From positions 33,378-97,377 of the forward strand of contig CASFTO010000090.1 in NCBI GenBank assembly GCA_949297665.1: a stretch of DNA of 64,000 nt, read 5' to 3'. How positions within the stretch are numbered: the stretch's first letter is position 1; the number at the start of each line of letters is the position of its first letter. Origin of the DNA: an uncultured Alphaproteobacteria bacterium (GTDB lineage: Bacteria > Pseudomonadota > Alphaproteobacteria > RF32 > CAG-239). Positions 53,573-62,343 of this stretch are shown piece after piece. A program made the translations under genes and the position numbers. Below the pieces are notes generated by a model, which was not told the origin of the DNA, searched no databases, and saw nothing but the letters and a program-made list of their open reading frames with translations.

Positions 53573-54103
53573 ATGCGAAAGCTAGGATTGTTTGTTTTTA
53601 TAATGTTAATTTCTGCGTGTCAGTCTAAACAAGTTATTGTGCCGGCTGTTGTTCATAATGTTAGTACAACTCAGGAGGTTGTTGTGGAAAAAGCTCGTTT
53701 GCCGATTATCGGAGAAGTTGAACCAATTTATTTTTTACCGATGAAATCTCCGTTTGCTGCCAGAATTGATACCGGTGCGACAACGTCTTCTTTGGATTGT
53801 AATGATGTGGAATATTTTGAACGTGATGGCGAAAAATGGGTGTCCTTTAAACTTAAAAATCGTAAAACAGGTGAAGAACATTTGTTTGAAAAAAAAATTG
53901 AGCGTTCGTTTAAAGTTAAACGAGCCGGACAAGATGAGAGCCGTAAAGCTGTGAAAATGGATGTTAAAATGGGAGGAGAAGTCTTTTCTGCTGTTTTCTC
54001 TATCGCTGATAGATCTGATTTTGATTATCAAGGGTTAATCGGACGTAATATTTTAACAGGAAGATTTTTGGTTGATACATCTACTTCTTATACGCTGAAC
54101 TAA
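53573..54103 (+). CDS. Retropepsin-like (clan AA, DTGA-type) aspartic protease, lipoprotein
   Basis: Signal peptide with lipobox LISAC; catalytic AARIDTGATTSSL. The family is usually annotated as putative ATP-dependent zinc protease or clan_AA_DTGA. The ORF track starts at GTG 53558; the ATG at 53573 has RBS AAGAGGTGA. Confidence 0.65.
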   Translation: MRKLGLFVFIMLISACQSKQVIVPAVVHNVSTTQEVVVEKARLPIIGEVEPIYFLPMKSPFAARIDTGATTSSLDCNDVEYFERDGEKWVSFKLKNRKTGEEHLFEKKIERSFKVKRAGQDESRKAVKMDVKMGGEVFSAVFSIADRSDFDYQGLIGRNILTGRFLVDTSTSYTLN

Positions 54104-54112
54104 TTAGGATGA

Positions 54113-55663
54113 ATGATTATGAAACTAAATTTAACCAGATTTTTTACTATTAGAAAAGTTTTGAGTCTTTTGTTGATTTGTGCTGTAGGTTATGCAGCGT
54201 ATAGTATCTATTATAAGGTTAAATATTGGGGATTTTCTCTCTCTCCAAAGGCTGTTACTGATGTATGGACGGTAGATGCTAAAATTTCATTTAGGGCTCT
54301 TGGGGGAGATGTTAAAGTTTCTTTGGCTGTTCCAAATGATAGAGATGGTTTTAAAATCCTTAGTGAGGAAATTGTTGCTAAAGGTTATAAAATTACACAG
54401 GATAAAATTAATAGCCGTGTTGTCTTGGAGGGAAAGGATAAAGAAGGTAAGCAGAATCTGTATTATCGTTTGAGTATTTATGATGATGCGCAGAATGTTG
54501 CTCTTAATTCTTTGTTAGCAGCAAAAATCGATAGACCTATTTTATCTGAAGAAGAAACTATTCAAATGCGCAAAATTTGGGAATTGTCTGAGTTACAAAA
54601 AGGTGATAAAATCCAAAAGGCTATTTTGGCTATTAATCAAGAGGTTAATAATCCTACAATGAGTTTGATTCTGCCTCTTAATCATACAGCAAAAGAATTT
54701 GCGGAAAAAGTTATTCAGGTTTTGGCTTATAAAAGAATTCCTGCTCGTATTGCAAGAACGATTAAACTTGAGGAAGGGCGTAAAACCGAAAAGCCGGATA
54801 TTATGTTGGAGGCATATTATGACGGACATTGGACGCTTTATGATTTGAATACGGCTAAAATAGGGCTGCCTAAAAATTGGGTTATCATTCAAAGAGGCGG
54901 AGTTTCTCTTTTGGACGTTAAGGGGGGCGAGGATTCTACGGTCGTCTTCTCTGTTTTGAAATCGGTGGCTTCTCCTCTGAAAATGGCTGAGCATCGTGCT
55001 AAAGCTCATGATGAACTTTGGAGTTATAATTATTCTATGTATACTTTGCCGGTGTTTGAACAAAATACTTTAAAATGGTTGATGATTTTTCCTCTGGCGA
55101 TTTTAGTTGTTGTTATTATGCGTAATGTTATCGGTGTGTCTACCATGGGGACTTTTACTCCTATGTTGTTAGCTATGGCTCTGGTACGGACCGGATTTTG
55201 GCCGGGATTGATTTGTTTTTCGGTGATGATTGCTTTGGGTTTGGTTATGAGAGCTTTGGTGGCGAAATTGAATTTGTTATTGGTGCCGAGAATCTCTTTT
55301 GTTGTTATTTTTGTTATCTTACTTATTCAAGTTTTGACTGTTGTGGGCTATCGGCTTAATTATACAATTGTCAGTTCGGCTATTTTCTTCCCGATTATTA
55401 TTACCGCGTGGATTATTGAACGTGCTTCTATTACTTGGGAAGAAGAGGGGGCCGTTAATACTTTGAAAGAAATTTTGTTTACTTTTATAACGGCTGTTGT
55501 GACCTACTTTGTTATCAGTAATGAATATGTACGACATGTTATGTTTGCTTTTAATGAACTTAATTTGGTGATTTTATTTGTGGTTATGTTGTTGGGGACT
55601 TATACAGGTTATCGCGTAACGGAATTGATGCGCTTTGCACCGCTTATCCATAAGGAAAATTGA
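54113..55663 (+). CDS. Membrane protein: N-terminal inactive transglutaminase-like domain fused to a C-terminal 7-TM module
   Basis: N-terminal signal-anchor, a roughly 300 aa extracytoplasmic domain, then 6-7 hydrophobic helices (WLMIFPLAILVVVIM ... TYTGYRVTELMRF). The architecture and neighbourhood match the 7TM-transglutaminase partner of RimK-related ligases. Confidence 0.6.
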   Translation: MIMKLNLTRFFTIRKVLSLLLICAVGYAAYSIYYKVKYWGFSLSPKAVTDVWTVDAKISFRALGGDVKVSLAVPNDRDGFKILSEEIVAKGYKITQDKINSRVVLEGKDKEGKQNLYYRLSIYDDAQNVALNSLLAAKIDRPILSEEETIQMRKIWELSELQKGDKIQKAILAINQEVNNPTMSLILPLNHTAKEFAEKVIQVLAYKRIPARIARTIKLEEGRKTEKPDIMLEAYYDGHWTLYDLNTAKIGLPKNWVIIQRGGVSLLDVKGGEDSTVVFSVLKSVASPLKMAEHRAKAHDELWSYNYSMYTLPVFEQNTLKWLMIFPLAILVVVIMRNVIGVSTMGTFTPMLLAMALVRTGFWPGLICFSVMIALGLVMRALVAKLNLLLVPRISFVVIFVILLIQVLTVVGYRLNYTIVSSAIFFPIIITAWIIERASITWEEEGAVNTLKEILFTFITAVVTYFVISNEYVRHVMFAFNELNLVILFVVMLLGTYTGYRVTELMRFAPLIHKEN

Positions 55664-55664
55664 A

Positions 55665-56612
55665 ATGTTTGAGTGGCTCTTTAATGGAAAAAAATTGCGC
55701 GAAAACGGTGTGTTGGGGATGAACGATCGTAACTATTCGGTAATTGCAAAATATAATAAACGTTCTCTCTATACGCTGGTGGATGATAAAGTTAAAACGA
55801 AAAGATTAGCTAACAGTATCAATATTAATACGCCTAAAATGATTGGTATTATTGAATTCCAGTATCAGGTTAAAAATCTTTTGGATATTGTTAAGGGCTA
55901 CGATACTTTTGTGATTAAACCGGCTCACGGTAGCGGTGGAAAAGGTGTATTGGTAATAAAAAAATATGATGCGAAACATTTTTATAGTGCCTCAGGTGAT
56001 GTTTTGAGCTTTAAAGATGTTTACCAGCATGTTTCTAATACACTGAGCGGACTTTTTAGCTTAGGCGGAAAATATGATGTTGCGCTTATTGAAGAAGCTG
56101 TTAATTTTAGTGATGTGTTCAAAAATTTTAGTTATCATGGCGTACCGGATGTGCGCGTTATTGTCTATAAAGGTTTTCCGGCGATGGTGATGATGCGCTT
56201 GGCTACTAAAGAATCCGGCGGACGCGCTAATTTGCATCAGGGAGCTGTGGGCGTTGGCTTGGATGTCAGTACTGGTTTACCTCTTAATGCCGTTATGCAT
56301 AATAAACCTATTTTTGAACATCCTGATACAAAAGCGAATTTGATGGATTTGCGTGTACCGTTTTGGCGTGAACACTTGATTATCGGTTCTTTGGCCTATG
56401 ATATGACCGGTTTGGGATATTTGGGGGCGGATATTGTGTTAGATGAGAATCGTGGACCGATGATGTTGGAAGTTAATGCTCGTCCCGGGTTGGCTATCCA
56501 AATTGCGAACGGAAAAGGCTTGAAAACACGTTTGCAGGAAATTGATGAAAAGTATCCTTTGGGACTTTCTGCTGAAGAAAGAGTTGATTTTGTCTTGAAT
56601 CAAGGAAAATAA
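55665..56612 (+). CDS. Alpha-L-glutamate ligase-related (RimK-like) ATP-grasp protein
   Basis: ATP-grasp signatures IKPAHGSGGKGVLVI and ADIVLDENRGPMMLEVNARPGL. The likely start MFEWLF at 55665 abuts the stop of the 7TM gene. Confidence 0.75.
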   Translation: MFEWLFNGKKLRENGVLGMNDRNYSVIAKYNKRSLYTLVDDKVKTKRLANSININTPKMIGIIEFQYQVKNLLDIVKGYDTFVIKPAHGSGGKGVLVIKKYDAKHFYSASGDVLSFKDVYQHVSNTLSGLFSLGGKYDVALIEEAVNFSDVFKNFSYHGVPDVRVIVYKGFPAMVMMRLATKESGGRANLHQGAVGVGLDVSTGLPLNAVMHNKPIFEHPDTKANLMDLRVPFWREHLIIGSLAYDMTGLGYLGADIVLDENRGPMMLEVNARPGLAIQIANGKGLKTRLQEIDEKYPLGLSAEERVDFVLNQGK

Positions 56613-56782
56613 ATTCCTAAATATTAGCCAGAAATAAATTTTATTACGGAATATGTAGGGAGCTAATGATGTCTAATATTTTAGGAAAAAGTGAAACGAA
56701 AAGTTTGGATAAAAGTGATACGAAGAATTTAACCGCTGATGATACCAAAAAAATTGGTGTCAGCGAAACAAGAGGGAAAAAA

Positions 56783-57274
56783 ATGAAGTATTCTTATAAT
56801 GTGACAGACCCTGAAAATGCATTGGTTTTAAAACTCAAAGACGGGGATGTTGTTATTGAAATGTATCCCGATGCGGCACCAAATCATGTTGCAAGAATAA
56901 AAGAATTGGTTCGTCAAGGATTTTATAATGGCTTAAAATTTCACCGTGTTATTGAAGGTTTTATGGCGCAAACCGGATGCCCTTTAGGAAATGGAACTGG
57001 CGGTAGTGGTAAAAAGTTGAAAGCCGAATTTAATACAATTCCGCATACAAGAGGTATTGTTTCTATGGCGCGTGCTATGCATCCAGATTCAGCGGATAGT
57101 CAATTCTTTATTTGTTATGATGATTGTTCACATTTGGATGGGCAATACACTGTTTGGGGGAAAGTCGTTTCCGGTATGGAATTTGTTGATAAAATCAAAA
57201 AGGGCGATGGTTATAACGGTATGGTTAGCAAACCCGATGAAATTATCAGTATGCAGGTTATTGCAGATTTATAG
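56783..57274 (+). CDS. ppiB: Cyclophilin-type peptidyl-prolyl cis-trans isomerase
   Basis: FHRVIEGFMAQTGCP ... QFFICYDDCSHLDGQYTVWG. RBS AGAGGGA precedes the ATG at 56783. An in-frame upstream extension to 56666 encodes a Thr/Lys/Asp-rich tail of uncertain reality. Confidence 0.85.
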   Translation: MKYSYNVTDPENALVLKLKDGDVVIEMYPDAAPNHVARIKELVRQGFYNGLKFHRVIEGFMAQTGCPLGNGTGGSGKKLKAEFNTIPHTRGIVSMARAMHPDSADSQFFICYDDCSHLDGQYTVWGKVVSGMEFVDKIKKGDGYNGMVSKPDEIISMQVIADL

Positions 57275-57288
57275 GGGGATATAAATTT

Positions 57289-57318
57289 TTTGAAGGGCGT
57301 TCGAATGAGCGCCTTTTT
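57289..57318 (+). terminator. Intrinsic terminator after ppiB
   Basis: aagggcg-ttcgaatga-gcgcctt followed by TTTTT. Confidence 0.6.
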
Positions 57319-57331
57319 CTTTAAATGAATG

Positions 57332-57360
57332 TTGACAAAAAATATCTTGTATTTTAATGT
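57332..57360 (+). promoter_or_regulatory. Sigma70-like promoter, TTGACA then a 15-17 nt spacer then TTTAAT/TAATGT
   Basis: Consensus -35 with an AT-rich -10 about 40 nt upstream of the 57401 gene. Confidence 0.35.
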
Positions 57361-57400
57361 TTTGGCAAAATTAAATTATTGTAAAATCTAAAATTGTTAT

Positions 57401-58540
57401 GTGATGAAAAATACTATTTTAAAACAAGTCAATGCAATAGGTGCAGAACTTGTATTTCCATTTTATGTTTATCCCGATGGAACTTGCGGTAAATCAATAG
57501 CTTCAGGAAGGCTTAACGCAGTTATGGTGGTTAAAAAGAAATTTCCGGTTGAAGAACTTAAATCGGATTTTTTAACAGGTTCTCAAGGTTTGGATGAAAA
57601 TGTTTTGGCTCATTTGACCGAAATCGGTAATCAGTTGGGCTTTCTTTTTTATATCTATGCTGACGGAACGTGTGGTTTAACACCTTCTTCAACGCTGAAC
57701 AAATTTCCGTTTACGATGATGGTTAAAAAGCCGTTTGTTGTTAATCAGATGGTGATTGAGCCTGATGATGTTGTAAATTCTGTTTCTTCTACTGCTAAAA
57801 AAACAACCTCCTATCCTCATTCAATATGGACTTTGCCGGAGCCTCAGGTTTTTATGCCGACAGATGAAGAGTTAAAAATTCTTGAAAAAGCTCGGGAAAA
57901 AGTGCGGAAAAGAGGTTATTTAGACGAAGATACTGAAAGAGTTTATCTTTGTTTTTCTACAGATAAAGAATTTGAATATTTTGTTTTGAATAGAATTTTA
58001 TCAGGTTCTAACGAAAAATATATTCTTTTACGTGGAACGCAAGATTTGGTTAAAAAGTATGTTCTTAAGCATTGCTGGGATGATGCTGTTGTAGATCTTA
58101 TGGCGGAGCGTTGTTCTGATGACGTTATTTTAGCTTATTTTAGTAAGTGGCTTGTTCGTGTTAATGTAATAGAAAAATTACTAGAATTTGGGCGATTTGA
58201 GTTGATTGAGAAAATCCAAGAGGTTAGTTCTTTGGATGCTTGTAGGTTGTGTTCAGATAGGCATGTCGCCGCTATTATCAAAGCAGGTCATTCGGAATTG
58301 TTAAAAACACAAATTAAGAAACATGGTTTTCGTCATAAAGATGATGTCGAGGCACTTATTAAAACCGGAAATGTGGAGATGATAAAGTATTATTTGGATT
58401 ATCATTCTCTTTCTGAAAGTGCTCAAAAAGAGTTGATAGAGCTTGGTAACGCTCAGTTGGTTAAAATTTATCAAGAGCGATATGGTTTTTGCTCTGATTC
58501 TCTTAAATTGGCTAAATGGCGTGGGGTACTTTGTGCTTGA
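57401..58540 (+). CDS. Hypothetical protein with an N-terminal tandem duplication (about 45 aa modules carrying F-x-F-Y-[VI]-Y-x-D-G-T-C-G) and a helical C-terminal region
   Basis: Modules at residues about 10-55 and 70-115 (VFPFYVYPDGTCGKS / FLFYIYADGTCGLT, each followed by MVKK). No recognised domain. Confidence 0.6.
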   Translation: MMKNTILKQVNAIGAELVFPFYVYPDGTCGKSIASGRLNAVMVVKKKFPVEELKSDFLTGSQGLDENVLAHLTEIGNQLGFLFYIYADGTCGLTPSSTLNKFPFTMMVKKPFVVNQMVIEPDDVVNSVSSTAKKTTSYPHSIWTLPEPQVFMPTDEELKILEKAREKVRKRGYLDEDTERVYLCFSTDKEFEYFVLNRILSGSNEKYILLRGTQDLVKKYVLKHCWDDAVVDLMAERCSDDVILAYFSKWLVRVNVIEKLLEFGRFELIEKIQEVSSLDACRLCSDRHVAAIIKAGHSELLKTQIKKHGFRHKDDVEALIKTGNVEMIKYYLDYHSLSESAQKELIELGNAQLVKIYQERYGFCSDSLKLAKWRGVLCA

Positions 58541-58567
58541 TGTGACAACTTGGTTAATAATAAAAAG

Positions 58568-58600
58568 GCTTTCTTCTTATGAAGAGAGCCTTTTTGTTTG
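58568..58600. terminator. Bidirectional terminator between the 57401 gene and ruvC
   Basis: aggctttcttc-ttat-gaagagagcct followed by TTTTT. Confidence 0.65.
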
Positions 58601-58602
58601 GA

Positions 58603-59091
58603 TTATACCGCATGGTCTTTGTATGAATTGCGTAGATTGCAATGGGTTATTGCAATCGCTAAGGCGTCTGAAGAGTCATTGTTTTTAGGTTGACAGCCGG
58701 GGAGAAGAATTTTTACCATTGTTTCTACTTGGTTTTTATCTGCTTTTCCGACTCCGGTTAGCGCTTTTTTGATTTTGTTTGGTTCATATTCAAACAAAGG
58801 AATATTATAAAGTGTCGGCATTAAAAAAACGACACCTCTCGCCATACTTAATTTTAAAGAGGTTTCCGGGTTGGTGTTCAAAAATGTTATTTCTATTGAT
58901 GCTTCGTCGGGTTTGTATAGCTCAATTATTCTTTGAAGTTCCGTAAAAATCGTATGTAACCTCGTGGATAGGGATGCTTTTGCTGATGTCGGAATAAAAC
59001 CGTCTGCCACATAGGACAGACGGTTTCCGTTTATATCAATTATTCCCCAACCGGTGGAGGATATGCTCGGGTCTAAACCCAAAACACGCAT
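58603..59091 (-). CDS. ruvC: Crossover junction endodeoxyribonuclease RuvC
   Basis: 162 aa; N-terminal catalytic LGLDPS; RNase H-like fold. Confidence 0.9.
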   Translation of the reverse strand: MRVLGLDPSISSTGWGIIDINGNRLSYVADGFIPTSAKASLSTRLHTIFTELQRIIELYKPDEASIEITFLNTNPETSLKLSMARGVVFLMPTLYNIPLFEYEPNKIKKALTGVGKADKNQVETMVKILLPGCQPKNNDSSDALAIAITHCNLRNSYKDHAV

Positions 59092-59846
59092 TATTCAGCC
59101 TCCAGTTGAGCCATAATTTCTTCCGCAATTTCTGCATTATGGTAAACGTGTTGAACGTCTTCGTCATCTTCTAAAGCGTCAACAAATTCTAAGAACTTCT
59201 TAGCTGTTTCCAAATCCGTAATTTCTGTTTTAACGGTTGGTTTCCAGTCTAAACGAGAAGCTGACGGCGTTCCGAATTTCTTTTCCAATGCGTCTGTTAC
59301 GGCAGACAAATCATCCGGTAAAGTTTCGATAGCGTGGATTTCGCTGTCTGATATTACATCATTAGCGCCGGCTTCCAATGCTTCTTCAAACATCTTATCT
59401 GCATCTGCAACGCTTGCCGGATATTCAATATAACCGATACGTTCAAAGTTGAAAGATACAGAACCTGTTTCACCCATAGCACCGCCACGTTTGCCGAAAA
59501 TAGAACGAACGTTGCTTGCGGTACGATTTTTGTTATCGGTTAGTGCTTCTACGATAACGGCAACTTTGTTTGGAGAGAAACCTTCATAGCGCATGGAGGT
59601 GAAGTCTGCACCGCCGGCAACTTGGGTTGCTTTGGCAATAGCACGTTCGATATTGTCTTTCGGCATACTTTCTGCTCTTGCGGCTTGAATGGCTAATCTT
59701 AAACGTGGGTTTTTATCCGGTTCAGGTAAGCCACTTTTGGCGGCAACGGTTATTTCTCTGGCAAGTTTTGCAAATACTCTTGCTTTTTTTGCATCTTGTG
59801 CACCTTTACGGTACATAATGTTCTTAAATTGGGAGTGTCCTGACAT
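59091..59846 (-). CDS. YebC/PmpR family DNA-binding transcriptional regulator
   Basis: 251 aa with the typical YebC N-terminus MSGHSQFKNIMYRKG. Confidence 0.9.
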   Translation of the reverse strand: MSGHSQFKNIMYRKGAQDAKKARVFAKLAREITVAAKSGLPEPDKNPRLRLAIQAARAESMPKDNIERAIAKATQVAGGADFTSMRYEGFSPNKVAVIVEALTDNKNRTASNVRSIFGKRGGAMGETGSVSFNFERIGYIEYPASVADADKMFEEALEAGANDVISDSEIHAIETLPDDLSAVTDALEKKFGTPSASRLDWKPTVKTEITDLETAKKFLEFVDALEDDEDVQHVYHNAEIAEEIMAQLEAE

Positions 59847-59929
59847 TTAGCATCTCCATAATATCTGTTAGTTAATGTTTATTGTTGTTGTTTCTATAAA
59901 ATCATATAGGAAAAAGTGCAAGTGTTTTA

Positions 59930-60751
59930 TTACTCTGCTTCTTCTGCAAGTTTGGTATCTGTTAGTAGAAAAGCAGGTGCTTTTTTTCCGAAGACTTTAT
60001 AGCGTTTGGATAAATCCAGTGCTTTTTTATCCAATAAGGGAGGCTTTAAGTCTTGTTTTGCTCCGGGAATCGGTGTCTTTTCGATTTGTGGAGTGGTGTC
60101 CTTTTTTTCTTTTTTGTTCTTTTCTTGCGGTAAAGTTGGCTCTACTGAAGCAATTTCTTCTTGTTTTTTATCAACTTTAATTTCAGCTGGAGTTTTTAAT
60201 ATTTTATTTAATGTATCTTGCGTTTCTTTAGAACGTCTGGTGGTAAATACAATATTCTGCTTGTTGACCGGTAACAATGCCAATATTTTATCTAGATTGT
60301 TTAATTGGCGGTTTTTCTTTATTAAATTTATGTCGTCAACGACTAAGATATTTATGTTTGATAAATCTAAGCTGTTTTCATTTATATTTTCAAGCAACAA
60401 ATCTGGTGAAGCGATGATAACGTTTGCTTCTTGTTCTGTATTGTCGCTTTCGGTTTCGTTTATTTCGTGATATTTATTAAAAATCGAAAACTTATCGGAT
60501 ATGTTAACCGCTTCTTTGCTGTCTGCGGCGATAATTAAGATGTTTTGTCCTTCGTTTTTAGAGATAATATCAATTAACGGAAATATGTAGGAACAAGTTT
60601 TTCCGCAGGCATTGGGGGCTATCGTAAAAATGTCCTTGCCTGAAAGAATTGAGGGAATTACATCCTTTTGAACGGTTGTGGGTTCTTTGTAGCCCAAATC
60701 TTCAATGGCGTGGATGGTCTTTTCACTTAAACCTAAATCACTAAAACTCAT
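59930..60751 (-). CDS. DEAD-box helicase-like protein, single degenerate RecA-like domain plus a Lys-rich tail
   Basis: Q-motif FSDLGL...PTTVQ is intact. Motif I is degenerate (APNACGKT), motif II reads VVDD instead of DEAD, and motif III reads FTT instead of SAT. The second helicase domain is replaced by a Lys/Glu-rich tail. Confidence 0.65.
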   Translation of the reverse strand: MSFSDLGLSEKTIHAIEDLGYKEPTTVQKDVIPSILSGKDIFTIAPNACGKTCSYIFPLIDIISKNEGQNILIIAADSKEAVNISDKFSIFNKYHEINETESDNTEQEANVIIASPDLLLENINENSLDLSNINILVVDDINLIKKNRQLNNLDKILALLPVNKQNIVFTTRRSKETQDTLNKILKTPAEIKVDKKQEEIASVEPTLPQEKNKKEKKDTTPQIEKTPIPGAKQDLKPPLLDKKALDLSKRYKVFGKKAPAFLLTDTKLAEEAE

Positions 60752-60924
60752 GTTTCATTCCTATTTTTCGTATTTAATTTCTTGAATACTATAACTTTAT
60801 GACTTAGTGTCAAGACCTATGTGCGGTTGCGTGTAAAAATTCGGAATACTGAAATTTTTATATTAAAAAAAATAGCTTTTTTAGTTTTTTTATGCTATGA
60901 CTGAAGAAATTTTAATAAGGATTT

Positions 60925-62256
60925 ATGGATGAAATGGAAGAAACTCTTTTTTCTAGTCGAATAAAAAGACCTTTGGCAGACCGTTTGCGCCCCAAAAAAT
61001 TGGAAGATGTGGTGGGGCAGGAACAGGTTTTAGGTGAGGATTCTCCTTTGGGGAGAATGCTTTTTACGGGACGTGTTTCTTCTTTTATTCTTTGGGGACC
61101 TCCCGGGTGTGGTAAAACAACGATTGCCAGACTTATTGCGGAATATACAAATCTTTATTTTGAACAAATATCAGCTGTCTTTTCCGGTGTTACGGATTTG
61201 AAAAGAGTTTTTCAATATGCTCAGGAGCGTCGGGTTACTCAGGGAAAAGGAACGTTGCTGTTTGTAGATGAAATTCATCGGTTTAATAAATCTCAACAAG
61301 ATGGTTTTTTACCTTATGTTGAAGATGGTACAGTTATTTTGGTGGGAGCCACAACCGAGAATCCATCTTTTGAACTTAATGCCGCTTTGTTATCAAGATG
61401 TCAGGTTTTTGTGCTTAATCGCTTGACGCCCGAAAATTTTGAGGAGCTTTTACAACGGGCAGAGAAAGAAGAAGGAATGAAACTTCCGCTTGATGAAGAA
61501 GCTCGAGAATTTATGAAGAGTGTTGCTGACGGTGATGGACGCTATATCCTTAATTTGGCCGAAAGTGTTTGGGCTTATGCGAAACCGGGGGAAGTCTTTG
61601 ATAAAAATAAATTGATGAAAATTATTCGCTCACGCGCTCCTATTTATGATAAAGGACGTGATGGACACTATAATCTTATTTCTGCTGTGCATAAATCTTT
61701 GCGTGGCTCTGATGTTGATGCGGCTTTATATTGGGTGAGCCGGATGATTGTTTCGGGTGAAGACCCAAGGTATATTTTAAGACGCCTTATTCGGTTTGCG
61801 GTGGAAGATGTTTCTTTGGCTGATCCTAATGCGGTTACGCAGGCAATTGCTTGCGCCGAAGTTTATGAACGATTGGGATCTCCTGAAGGTGATTTGGCTG
61901 TTATGCAATTAACAGCGTATCTGGCAACGGCGCCAAAATCGGCCGCTGTTTATAAGGCAATGCATAGTGCTTTTGAGGCGGCTCGCCAGACCGGTTCTTT
62001 AATGCCGCCTAAACATATCTTAAATGCGCCGACCAAATTAATGAAAGAGTTAGGATATCACGACGGCTATATTTATGATCAAGATTTGGAAGATGGTTTT
62101 TCGGGGCAAAATTATTTTCCTGAAGAAATGGGACGACGGCGTTTTTATAATCCGGTTGATAGAGGGTTTGAGCGTGAAATAAAAAAGAGAATAGACTATT
62201 TTGATAAATTAAGGGCGGAAAAACAGAAAGAACGTGCTAAAATGAATAAAAAATAA
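60925..62256 (+). CDS. rarA: Replication-associated recombination protein A (RarA/MgsA), AAA+ ATPase
   Basis: Walker A GPPGCGKTT; 443 aa; MgsA C-terminal domain. Confidence 0.9.
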   Translation: MDEMEETLFSSRIKRPLADRLRPKKLEDVVGQEQVLGEDSPLGRMLFTGRVSSFILWGPPGCGKTTIARLIAEYTNLYFEQISAVFSGVTDLKRVFQYAQERRVTQGKGTLLFVDEIHRFNKSQQDGFLPYVEDGTVILVGATTENPSFELNAALLSRCQVFVLNRLTPENFEELLQRAEKEEGMKLPLDEEAREFMKSVADGDGRYILNLAESVWAYAKPGEVFDKNKLMKIIRSRAPIYDKGRDGHYNLISAVHKSLRGSDVDAALYWVSRMIVSGEDPRYILRRLIRFAVEDVSLADPNAVTQAIACAEVYERLGSPEGDLAVMQLTAYLATAPKSAAVYKAMHSAFEAARQTGSLMPPKHILNAPTKLMKELGYHDGYIYDQDLEDGFSGQNYFPEEMGRRRFYNPVDRGFEREIKKRIDYFDKLRAEKQKERAKMNKK

Positions 62257-62343
62257 AAAAACGCGGCAGTGTTTGAGCTTGATTTTTTCTTATTTGTTGG
62301 TATTTTATTTTTCAGTAAAAAATTATTTTAAAATTTAATTGTT

